Below are positions 1-6,809 of a DNA stretch of 38,249 nt, one piece after another; within the stretch, counting starts at the first letter, position 1; each line of letters starts with the position of its first letter. Made by a program: the position numbers and the translations under genes. This DNA comes from a virus (taxonomy: Duplodnaviria; Caudoviricetes), in the IMG/VR virus record IMGVR_UViG_3300033153_004671, positions 1 to 38,249 of that record; one strand, 5' to 3'. A model generated the notes under the pieces. The model saw nothing but the letters and a program-made list of their open reading frames with translations, did no database searches and was not told the origin of the DNA.

Positions 1-114
1 CAAACTGGAAATGGTTTATCTGCCATTGGGAATTGAGATATTCCATTTCCTCCATGATACATTCCACGGCGCGGGCTCTATACCCTTTATGCATCCGATA
101 GCAGAAAGCGCACT
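1..114. repeat. Terminal direct repeat copy 1 (114 bp; most likely circular-assembly overlap)
   Basis: Bases 1-114 (caaactggaa...aaagcgcact) are identical to 38136-38249. The repeat lies inside a reading frame that continues across the junction. Confidence 0.95.
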
Positions 115-685
115 CATACGGACAGCCGCGCCCGGACAGGATAGACATGCAAAAATCTGTATTCGTGCTATTCGGGAAACGAATCAGCCGATATAAATAC
201 ATTAATTCGTCTTTGTAGTGCGGCCAAGGGATTAAATTTATATCAGGTAAAACCATACCACACTGAATAGGACACCAGCTATTACTTTGTGTTTGTATTG
301 TCTCTGATATAACCCCCTCAACTTCTCCCACAAAAACAGTATCACAACCGGTCACGCCTTTAAAATATGAAGGCGCTGCGCTCGGACCATGCCCGCCGAT
401 AAAATACATAAAATTATCACGGTTGATTGACCTGTTTACCGCTGCGGATATGGATAGTAATTTCTGATACTGATAATAACCGGCGCACATGCCTACACCC
501 ACGGCGTCATAATTATTATTGTCAAGCCACCCTGTAATATTTTTTTCAGTAATATGGTGGATGTCTTGATGAATCCGCTCGACCTCGTGGCCGTCCTTTT
601 TAAGCTGCGCCGTCAAGTACATAATCCCGAGCGGGAACGTTGGTATGTGTGAGCCGTTGTCGTATACTATAAGAAGCACTTTCAT
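1..685 (-). CDS. B12-binding-domain radical SAM protein, N-terminal part (continues across the circular junction at 38135 to the stop at 37462; 452 aa in total)
   Basis: Not in the ORF track because it runs off the edge. ATG at 685 follows an AGGAGGT RBS and overlaps the endolysin stop (ATGA). It translates MKVLLIVYDNGSHIPTFPLGIMYL...IGGHGPS...SGRGCPYECAFC, i.e. a cobalamin-binding N-domain then CxxxCxxC, and is in frame with ORF 37462..38229. Confidence 0.9.
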   Translation of the reverse strand, partial: MKVLLIVYDNGSHIPTFPLGIMYLTAQLKKDGHEVERIHQDIHHITEKNITGWLDNNNYDAVGVGMCAGYYQYQKLLSISAAVNRSINRDNFMYFIGGHGPSAAPSYFKGVTGCDTVFVGEVEGVISETIQTQSNSWCPIQCGMVLPDINLIPWPHYKDELMYLYRLIRFPNSTNTDFCMSILSGRGCPYECAFCYRMHKGYRARAVECIMEEMEYLNSQWQINHFQF

Positions 686-1074
686 TTTTTACCTCCTTTT
701 GATTCATCATATGAGTAATGATTGCCATCGCCCCAGCGCCCACCCCATGAACCGCCGATTGATTCCCAATATTCACCGAGCGGCTTGTGGGCTTTGGTTG
801 AGCGCAAATACTTACCGTTCCTAAAAAGATTTAAATCAATAGCAAGCCGTTTAAAATGGTAACTGCCTTTTGTGTGCAATCTATTTTGTAAATATTTAAG
901 CCGCTTGAAAAATAATTTATTTCCTGACCATCTTTTTAGTGCATCCCATGCCCATCTATACCACGAACTTGACCATGCATCACCAAGCGTGACCTCATAT
1001 CCAAGCTGTTCAGCATGTAATATTAGCAATGCAACCATGTGGACAAATCTGCTTTGCTTTTGTCTTAATGTCAT
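682..1074 (-). CDS. Endolysin, M15-family Zn peptidase (L-Ala-D-Glu endopeptidase-like)
   Basis: Motifs SYHFKRLAIDLNLF (SxHxxxxAxD), LGEYWESIGGSWGGRW and DGNHYS. The start is placed at ATG 1074 (ATGA overlap with the neuB stop) rather than TTG 1080. Confidence 0.85.
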   Translation of the reverse strand: MTLRQKQSRFVHMVALLILHAEQLGYEVTLGDAWSSSWYRWAWDALKRWSGNKLFFKRLKYLQNRLHTKGSYHFKRLAIDLNLFRNGKYLRSTKAHKPLGEYWESIGGSWGGRWGDGNHYSYDESKGGKK

Positions 1075-1892
1075 TCCCAATACCTCAACTTTTTAGCGTT
1101 GATTTTTTCCTCATTATAAACAACTTTGTCACTATTACCTAAAACAGTTTGAACGGCGCGGCAATCCTTAACCAGCAATTCCAGCCCTCGGCGCTCGATG
1201 CTTGCCGACTGATCACTGCCGTACATTGACCGGTCAAGGGTAATATGTACCTCGATAACCTCGGCACCCATAGCAGCCGCCAGGACCGGCGCAAGGATGC
1301 CGACACAGTGGCTTGAAAAACCGATACGACAATTAAAAAATAGATTTTTAAAATATCTCACCTGAGAAACCACTGCTTTGTCATCCGGGCATGGGTAGAT
1401 CGATGTACAATGCAATACCGTGGTTTTATCGATCGGAAATTGAAAAACAATATTACTCATCTGAATAAGTGGCGTCATACCGGTACTGATAAAAACCGGC
1501 TTTCCAGTTTCACGAACTGCATTGACAAATTCAGTGTTTGTAAGCATGGGGGAGGCTATTTTGTGAGCGGCAACATGTATTGCTTCCAGCTCACCCAGCG
1601 AGATAAGATCCCAGGCAGAGCAAAGATAATCAAGTTCCTGGGATTCAGTATATCTTTTCAGCTCGGCATGATCATCAATACAAAATTCAAGCGCCTCTTT
1701 CTGCGCCCGTTGCGTATTCCCCCAGGGGCTCTCTCTCGGACTGTCAAGAAACTCTTGTGTATATACTGTATCAATATCACGCTTTTGAAACTTCACACAG
1801 TCCGCCCCACATTCGGCGGCCATGTCGATTAACTGTTTTGCCGTTTCCATACTACCATTATGATTGATACCTAGCTCTGCAATAATATACAT
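1071..1892 (-). CDS. neuB: N-acetylneuraminate/nonulosonate synthase family protein (short form, no obvious C-terminal antifreeze-like domain)
   Basis: Motifs IIAELGINHNGS, VKFQKR, KIASP, ISTGM, LHCTSIYP, GFSSH and IEVHITLDRSMYGSDQSASIE; AGGAG RBS. Confidence 0.93.
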   Translation of the reverse strand: MYIIAELGINHNGSMETAKQLIDMAAECGADCVKFQKRDIDTVYTQEFLDSPRESPWGNTQRAQKEALEFCIDDHAELKRYTESQELDYLCSAWDLISLGELEAIHVAAHKIASPMLTNTEFVNAVRETGKPVFISTGMTPLIQMSNIVFQFPIDKTTVLHCTSIYPCPDDKAVVSQVRYFKNLFFNCRIGFSSHCVGILAPVLAAAMGAEVIEVHITLDRSMYGSDQSASIERRGLELLVKDCRAVQTVLGNSDKVVYNEEKINAKKLRYWE

Positions 1893-1990
1893 AGTTTTTC
1901 TCCTATAAATATAATTAAAATTGAAAGACCTATTACACTATTTGATATTCCAAAAATCAAACCAATGAAACAAAAAAAATCTTTAATCAT
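1871..1990 (-). CDS. Small hydrophobic membrane protein, 39 aa (MIKDFFCFIGLIFGISNSVIGLSILIIFIGEKLCILLQS)
   Basis: Translated by hand. It fills the gap between the repeat gene and neuB, has AAGGA just upstream and one long hydrophobic stretch. It is below the ORF-track cutoff. Confidence 0.5.
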   Translation of the reverse strand: MIKDFFCFIGLIFGISNSVIGLSILIIFIGEKLCILLQS

Positions 1991-2000
1991 AATCCTTGCC

Positions 2001-2648
2001 TTATTTCAATAATTCAATCCCATAATTTAGAATTTTAATTTGCATCTCTTTTTTGGCGGCGGCATAGGCGGCATAGGCGGCATAGGCGGCATCGGCGGCA
2101 TAGGCGGCGGCATAGGCGGCATTGGCGGCATAGGCGGCATAGGCGGCATCGGCGGCATAGGCGGCATTGGCGGCATAGGCGGCGGCATAGGCGGCATCGG
2201 CGGCATAGGCGGCATCGGCGGCATAGGCGGCATTGGCGGCATCGGCGGCGGCATAGGCGGCATCGGCGGCATAGGCGGCATCGGCATCGGCGGCGGCATA
2301 GGCGGCATTGGCGGCATTGGCGGCATAGGCGGCGGCATAGGTGATCGGATCTTTCAAACACTCTTTTGCTGCCTCAATAGCTTCTCTTGGTCTTTTATCG
2401 TCTGGATATTTACTCTCATAAATATCAATAACTTGCTCGGCTGCAAAAATAGCATATTTAACATACTGCTCTTTCTTCATCCGGCGCACAATTAGCCAGT
2501 TTGCCCAATCAAGACGAGGCATCTCAATTAAATTCTCAATCACCGCTATTTCCTCACATCCCTTATCTCCATACAACTCCTTAAAAGATGCAACCCCGTT
2601 TGAACATGCGTTAATCCCTTCTAACCATTCTGTCGTTATTAGTTTCAT
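2001..2648 (-). CDS. Phage Ala-rich repeat protein (Imm5-like DDKRPREAIEAAK segment plus AAYAA[D/N] repeats)
   Basis: N-terminus MKLITTEWLEGINACSNGV, then LDWANWLI and YPDDKRPREAIEAAK, then about 95 aa of A/Y/D/N repeats. GGAGG RBS and ATGA coupling to the upstream VOC gene. Confidence 0.8.
   Translation of the reverse strand: MKLITTEWLEGINACSNGVASFKELYGDKGCEEIAVIENLIEMPRLDWANWLIVRRMKKEQYVKYAIFAAEQVIDIYESKYPDDKRPREAIEAAKECLKDPITYAAAYAANAANAAYAAADADAAYAADAAYAAADAANAAYAADAAYAADAAYAAAYAANAAYAADAAYAAYAANAAYAAAYAADAAYAAYAAYAAAKKEMQIKILNYGIELLK
2055..2339 (-). repeat. Coding minisatellite of 9/12-bp units (GCC)2-3-[T/G/A]AT
   Basis: Directly visible as ggcggcata/ggcggcatc/ggcggcatt units on the + strand. 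Confidence 0.95.
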
Positions 2649-3043
2649 AATTCCTCCACTAATTCAAAATATTGGTTTGTGTCCGGATGATAGCCATATA
2701 TAACCTTAAAACCATCCGGCGTGATTACCGGGCGTTTTGCTAAAAATTTAAAACCGTGCCACCTTGTAAGTTGCTCTATTCGCTCCTCGATGTCCTGCAC
2801 CGTGATTGCTATATGATCCGGCCCAGGGTCGTTAGCGTATTGCAGCAACTCGACAACATGAAAACCTTTTTCCATTTTTACAATATGGGCGCTTGCGCCG
2901 GGAATACCGACCATTGTTGAGAACCAAATACCAGATAAAATTTTATCCTCAATGCGCTTAAATCCCAAAATATCATTATAAAAATTCTTTGCTTTCTCCA
3001 GGTCCGGAACTACTATTCCGATGTGTCTTATTTCTTTAAACAT
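2645..3043 (-). CDS. VOC (glyoxalase/methylmalonyl-CoA epimerase-like) family protein
   Basis: IRHIGIVVPDLEKAKNFY...VELLQY...DHIAITVQDI...YFELVE, giving the H/E/H/E metal-ligand pattern. Confidence 0.85.
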   Translation of the reverse strand: MFKEIRHIGIVVPDLEKAKNFYNDILGFKRIEDKILSGIWFSTMVGIPGASAHIVKMEKGFHVVELLQYANDPGPDHIAITVQDIEERIEQLTRWHGFKFLAKRPVITPDGFKVIYGYHPDTNQYFELVEEL

Positions 3044-3227
3044 TTTTTGTTTCCTTTTTTAAAATCTGTATATCATCAATAGTGCCTATCTGTACTCCGT
3101 TACACAATACACATCCATTTTTAATATTACCTATTAACAGCAGTTTTTCGCCATTGAAAATAATGTCAATTATTTCAGTTTTACCATGTCTTTTTTCATA
3201 GTTTTTAACCCAATAAGACAACGGCAT
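3036..3227 (-). CDS. Hypothetical protein (63 aa)
   Basis: Strong GGAGGTG RBS; overlaps both neighbours in the operon. Confidence 0.65.
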   Translation of the reverse strand: MPLSYWVKNYEKRHGKTEIIDIIFNGEKLLLIGNIKNGCVLCNGVQIGTIDDIQILKKETKNV

Positions 3228-4272
3228 TTATCACCTCCCTTATAATCCGACACCCTTCAATGAGCGCGTCATCTGGTATCGTCAGCGGCGGGCCTATCTT
3301 AACCGACGCCTTACCGGTGTTAACTACGAGCAAACCTTTCTCCTCGCACTTCTGGCAGATTTCATCGGCCTGCTCTTTTGTGTCTGTCAGGATTGCCGCT
3401 ACAAGGCCACCATTCCAGTTAATTACATTTGGAATACTACCTAATTCAATGTGTAATTCATCAAATAATATGTGGCCTTTCCTTGCGCTTTCATTAATCA
3501 AATCAAGCCGCTCAAACTCCTCAATAACAGCAATTCCAGCAGCACAGGCCAGAGGATTGCCGGAATAGGTAGAGTGTAAATCATCAATCGTGTTCAATAA
3601 CTCCTTAGATCCGAGCAGGCCAGACAGTGGGAAGCCGTTGCCCATGCCTTTGCCGATACAAACCAGGTCCGGCTTAAATGGTAAATCGTAGTGCTCGAAT
3701 CCGAACAGCTTGCCGGTGCGTCCAAAACCGGCTTGGATTTCGTCGAAACATACAATTACTTTATTATTATTTAATTCATCAACCGAGATTTTAAGCCATT
3801 CTTTATTGATAAATTTACAATCCCAGCCTTGATATGTTTCAAATAAATATCCTCCTAATGCATCATTTGACATAATATTAGGCGCAAGAATGTAACCATC
3901 TCTCATAATTAATCTTGCACCAAGTGTCTTTCCATGCATAGCCCCAGGATAGCCAAATACAGAACCATGTTTATGTATTATTCTAATTGCCGCCTCAACA
4001 GCCTCACACCCCGCCGAGAACAGCCGGGCATCTTCGTAGCCCGTGAAGGCGCAGAGCTTTTTTATGTAGTCGTCATGGATCTGAGATTTATATCCATGGT
4101 TATTTAAAATACCGTTCACACATTGCCGCATAATACTTTTTAATACATGTTTGTTTTGATGCCCAACCGATGCTGTAAATATGCCGGAAGTAAAATCAAT
4201 AAAAGCTTTCGCCTCATTAGTTCCAAAAAAATCTACAATTTGATGACCATCTAAAGCTGCGTCCCATTGCAT
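3205..4272 (-). CDS. Class III PLP-dependent aminotransferase (355 aa)
   Basis: Motifs FIDFTSGI..VGH, FDEIQAGFGRTG, PDLVCIGKGMGNGFPLSG and STYSGNPLAC. The start is moved to ATG 4272 (AGGAGA-N5-ATG); the ORF-track extension to 4563 overlaps another gene and a hairpin. Confidence 0.9.
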   Translation of the reverse strand: MQWDAALDGHQIVDFFGTNEAKAFIDFTSGIFTASVGHQNKHVLKSIMRQCVNGILNNHGYKSQIHDDYIKKLCAFTGYEDARLFSAGCEAVEAAIRIIHKHGSVFGYPGAMHGKTLGARLIMRDGYILAPNIMSNDALGGYLFETYQGWDCKFINKEWLKISVDELNNNKVIVCFDEIQAGFGRTGKLFGFEHYDLPFKPDLVCIGKGMGNGFPLSGLLGSKELLNTIDDLHSTYSGNPLACAAGIAVIEEFERLDLINESARKGHILFDELHIELGSIPNVINWNGGLVAAILTDTKEQADEICQKCEEKGLLVVNTGKASVKIGPPLTIPDDALIEGCRIIREVINAVVLLG

Positions 4273-4287
4273 TTTATTTCTCCTATT

Positions 4288-4345
4288 GGCTAATGCGGGC
4301 ATCTGCGGCAAGCGAAGCGCTGACCGAGGAATGCCCTTATTAACG
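4288..4345 (-). other. Degenerate integron attC-like imperfect palindrome
   Basis: Minus strand reads CGTTAAT-AAGGGCATTCCT-CGGTCAGCGCTTCGCTTGCCG-CAGATGCCCGC-ATTAGCC. Size, bulged stem and GCTTCGC apex resemble short attC sites, but the cores are AAT/ATT instead of AAC/GTT. Confidence 0.45.
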
Positions 4346-4360
4346 GGTGCGTGACCCGTT

Positions 4361-4624
4361 TTAGTGACATTCGCAAAGGCCTCCGTTATATGCATATGGG
4401 CCATCCGGTCCCCTTGGGTCTTCGTTGTTATAATGTTCTCCAGGTATTCCATACCAATTTTCGCCATCACCGCAACAATCACAGATCTGAACGTTGTGAT
4501 TATCATTTCTATTGATCCATTCAAGGACTGCTTCTTCTGAATCAAGTGTATAAAGGATTTCATCTTTAATCTGATTGATGTTTAGAAATCCAGAATTTTC
4601 ACATCTTGTACAGGATAAACTCAT
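4361..4624 (-). CDS. Cys-rich hypothetical protein (possible Zn binding)
   Basis: CTRC, CDCCGDG and CECH motifs; GAGG RBS. Confidence 0.7.
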   Translation of the reverse strand: MSLSCTRCENSGFLNINQIKDEILYTLDSEEAVLEWINRNDNHNVQICDCCGDGENWYGIPGEHYNNEDPRGPDGPYAYNGGLCECH

Positions 4625-4646
4625 TTATTTCCTCTTTCGGTTCGAT

Positions 4647-4844
4647 CTATTTCTGCGTGTTAATTTCTGTAAAACTATTTTTTAAAAGCTGTATTTTTCT
4701 GTCTTTTTCAGTAAGAACCAACCTGACAAGCTCGGCAGGGGATGTCCCCGCTGGGCCATGTCCAACCAAAGCTGAATCTGCCAAATCAAGTTCGTCAACT
4801 ACTGCGTAAAGCATTTTTCTATATTCTTCACATTTACATTTCAT
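4647..4844 (-). CDS. Hypothetical protein (65 aa)
   Basis: GAGG RBS; co-oriented within the operon. Confidence 0.65.
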   Translation of the reverse strand: MKCKCEEYRKMLYAVVDELDLADSALVGHGPAGTSPAELVRLVLTEKDRKIQLLKNSFTEINTQK

Positions 4845-4921
4845 CGAAGCCTCTAAGTAAAAATAATAAGGAGTTATATAGTTTTTTTTCTTGATATCGT
4901 GTAATACTGTGTGATATTCAG

Positions 4922-5608
4922 TTAGATTTTATTTTTCATAATCTGATATTCCAAATAATCCCAATCATCCTGGCAATCGACTTCCGTAACCATAGGCGTG
5001 ATGTAAGCAAGGCATTTGTCACCCCATAATTGATGGTTTTTCAGAACATACTTGACCTTGACAATATCAATATATCCGTTCGGTTGGTATGTCGGTTCAA
5101 ACATTTGCCTTGGATGGCCGCACCTTTCGACCTCCCCGCCACCCAAATCACGAAAATAATCACCTTTTTTGGTAAAACATTTAAACGCCGTCTCGCTCAT
5201 CTCATGGGAAGAGCGCATTGATGTGCAATCGTTATTATAAAAATAATATATGGCGGTTTCGATAATTCGGGAATCACGGAGCGGCGTTGTCGGACGCAGG
5301 ATCGCTATGTGATTAAATATTTCATCAAAGTTATTATCAATCATCTCACGAATAAAATGTTTTACATAATCAAAATCGTTTGACGTATCAGTGCATAATT
5401 CAGGCGGTCTATGTATAACCTGAGCCCCGGCTTTTAATGAAATTTCAGCATAAACTCGGGAATCCGTCGAAACATACACATCTGTTATTACATCACATTC
5501 AAGCGCCGCTTTAATACTGTAAACCAAAAGCGGCTTTCCGTTTAGCTCTTTAATGTTTTTATGTGGAATACCTTTTGAACCTGAACGAGCGGGTATGAGA
5601 GCGATCAT
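4922..5608 (-). CDS. neuA: CMP-N-acetylneuraminate/CMP-nonulosonate synthetase (acylneuraminate cytidylyltransferase)
   Basis: Motifs IALIPARSGSKGIPHKNI..LNGKPLL, VSTDS, LRPTTPLR, PRQ..EPTYQPNGYIDI and EVDCQDDW; AGGAGGT RBS. Confidence 0.93.
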   Translation of the reverse strand: MIALIPARSGSKGIPHKNIKELNGKPLLVYSIKAALECDVITDVYVSTDSRVYAEISLKAGAQVIHRPPELCTDTSNDFDYVKHFIREMIDNNFDEIFNHIAILRPTTPLRDSRIIETAIYYFYNNDCTSMRSSHEMSETAFKCFTKKGDYFRDLGGGEVERCGHPRQMFEPTYQPNGYIDIVKVKYVLKNHQLWGDKCLAYITPMVTEVDCQDDWDYLEYQIMKNKI

Positions 5609-5701
5609 TTAAACACCTCCTTCTTTTTACGTAGGGTTGTATAAAAAAAATGAGTTTGGCCCCTTGTTCGTTCTGTCAGCTATTTTAAACTATATTCCTG
5701 G

Positions 5702-6019
5702 TCAATGTATCTGCCGCCATCCGTCCGTTTTTGTGAATTGCAACATCTTCCAAGTAAAATATGGATACTTTTCTGCACATGCCTTAAATTTTACAAGAGC
5801 ATCATCCCAAATCTTGGGGCCCTTGATTTCATGAATTTCAAAATGATCATCACAAGTTATAAAAAAATCAGGTGTATACCACGTTTTATCAGCCAAGCGA
5901 AATTTGACCTCTTCGTATTTCCAATCTTGGATAGCGCCCTCATGGATTAATATATTCAGCTTCATCGCGTGGGTTGATTCAAGCTGATTCATTCGGTTTT
6001 TAGGGGGAATTGGTTTCAT
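5702..6019 (-). CDS. Small PD-(D/E)XK endonuclease (DUF1064-like; possible resolvase)
   Basis: LES...WKYE...YTPDFFI...HEIKG catalytic pattern. Confidence 0.8.
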   Translation of the reverse strand: MKPIPPKNRMNQLESTHAMKLNILIHEGAIQDWKYEEVKFRLADKTWYTPDFFITCDDHFEIHEIKGPKIWDDALVKFKACAEKYPYFTWKMLQFTKTDGWRQIH

Positions 6020-6144
6020 GTCTCACACCTTAAATCGTAACTATAAAAATATCCGAGAAGCTCATACAAGCAGTCATCACATATGAATCCTTGCGGTAAA
6101 ACCTGGCATTTTTTACAATACCCACAAAAATAACATTTACCCAT
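6016..6144 (-). CDS. Small Cys-rich protein, 42 aa (MGKCYFCGYCKKCQVLPQGFICDDCLYELLGYFYSYDLRCET)
   Basis: Translated by hand. It fills the gap exactly, its stop overlaps the next ATG (ATGA), and it has three CxxC pairs. Confidence 0.65.
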   Translation of the reverse strand: MGKCYFCGYCKKCQVLPQGFICDDCLYELLGYFYSYDLRCET

Positions 6145-6145
6145 T

Positions 6146-6571
6146 TTAAAATCTAAACCTCCATTCCAGCTTAAACCCGTTACTTATAACGACAACACTT
6201 TGAAATATTGCCGTGCCTTTCAACCATACAAGTCGAGGGTTACACTTCCAGCCTAAAATATGGCCCTTGCGGTCAAGCCAGGCCGTGATCAGCGGGTGAA
6301 CGATTCCCACCGCAGCAAAATATAAATCAATTTCCTGCAGTCCTGGGTTAGAACCTAAAATCAAATTCCCTTCCTTCAGGTCATCATGCAACCGGGCTTC
6401 CTGAGTCTGGCAACGGTCAAGGAAAAATAAAAGCTCGTCGGCTATCTGGTATGAGATTTCTTCAGGAGTCCACGGTTCGGCCTTACACAGCAAAGGGTTT
6501 AAAAAAACGAGAAGCATAACAATAACTCCAATAAATAAGCCAGTCATAAAACCCTTTTCATATTCACTCAT
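6146..6571 (-). CDS. Membrane/exported protein (DUF5658-like D..T...E.N motif)
   Basis: N-terminal hydrophobic segment ending CKA-E, then LDRCQTQ...EGNLILGSNP and further hydrophobic helices. Ends in LEWRFRF. Confidence 0.65.
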   Translation of the reverse strand: MSEYEKGFMTGLFIGVIVMLLVFLNPLLCKAEPWTPEEISYQIADELLFFLDRCQTQEARLHDDLKEGNLILGSNPGLQEIDLYFAAVGIVHPLITAWLDRKGHILGWKCNPRLVWLKGTAIFQSVVVISNGFKLEWRFRF

Positions 6572-6809
6572 TTCCGTTTTCTCCTATTACATTAAAATTT
6601 TTAGGAATTAAGAGAGTATCTTTAAATTTATAGGTATTTGTTTTAAACGTAATTGTTCCGCCGTTTGGTGATGTAATCCAATTGTTGAATTGTAAATTCA
6701 TTTTAATTTCGTCAATCTTGTAAACTATCGTTTTTAAAGTACTGCCAATAGCGAACAAACATACAAATATAAGTATTAAAATTATCGTATTAATTTTCAT
6801 CACATACAT
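6564..6809 (-). CDS. Hypothetical protein with N-terminal transmembrane helix
   Basis: INTIILILIFVCLFAIG; overlaps both neighbours. Confidence 0.6.
   Translation of the reverse strand: MYVMKINTIILILIFVCLFAIGSTLKTIVYKIDEIKMNLQFNNWITSPNGGTITFKTNTYKFKDTLLIPKNFNVIGENGNE

Noticed and set aside
1-114. 114-bp end repeat as a biological direct terminal repeat
   Set aside because: It falls mid-gene and P22-like phages are usually circularly permuted, so an assembly overlap is the simpler explanation. Read data are needed to decide.
2055-2339. CRISPR array or DGR variable region (also considered for 33673-34062)
   Set aside because: No unique spacers, no cas genes, no reverse transcriptase and no separate template/variable pair. 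Most adenines in the units are invariant.
2027-2495. Alternative ORFs encoding poly-PPM, CRLCRR and GGI repeats
   Set aside because: Shadow frames of the GCC-rich minisatellite. Only 2001..2648 has an RBS, operon coupling and non-repeat flanking domains.
4273-4563. N-terminal 97 aa of the 452-aa aminotransferase in the ORF track
   Set aside because: It overlaps the Cys-rich ORF and two hairpins, and a strong RBS precedes ATG 4272 where family similarity begins.
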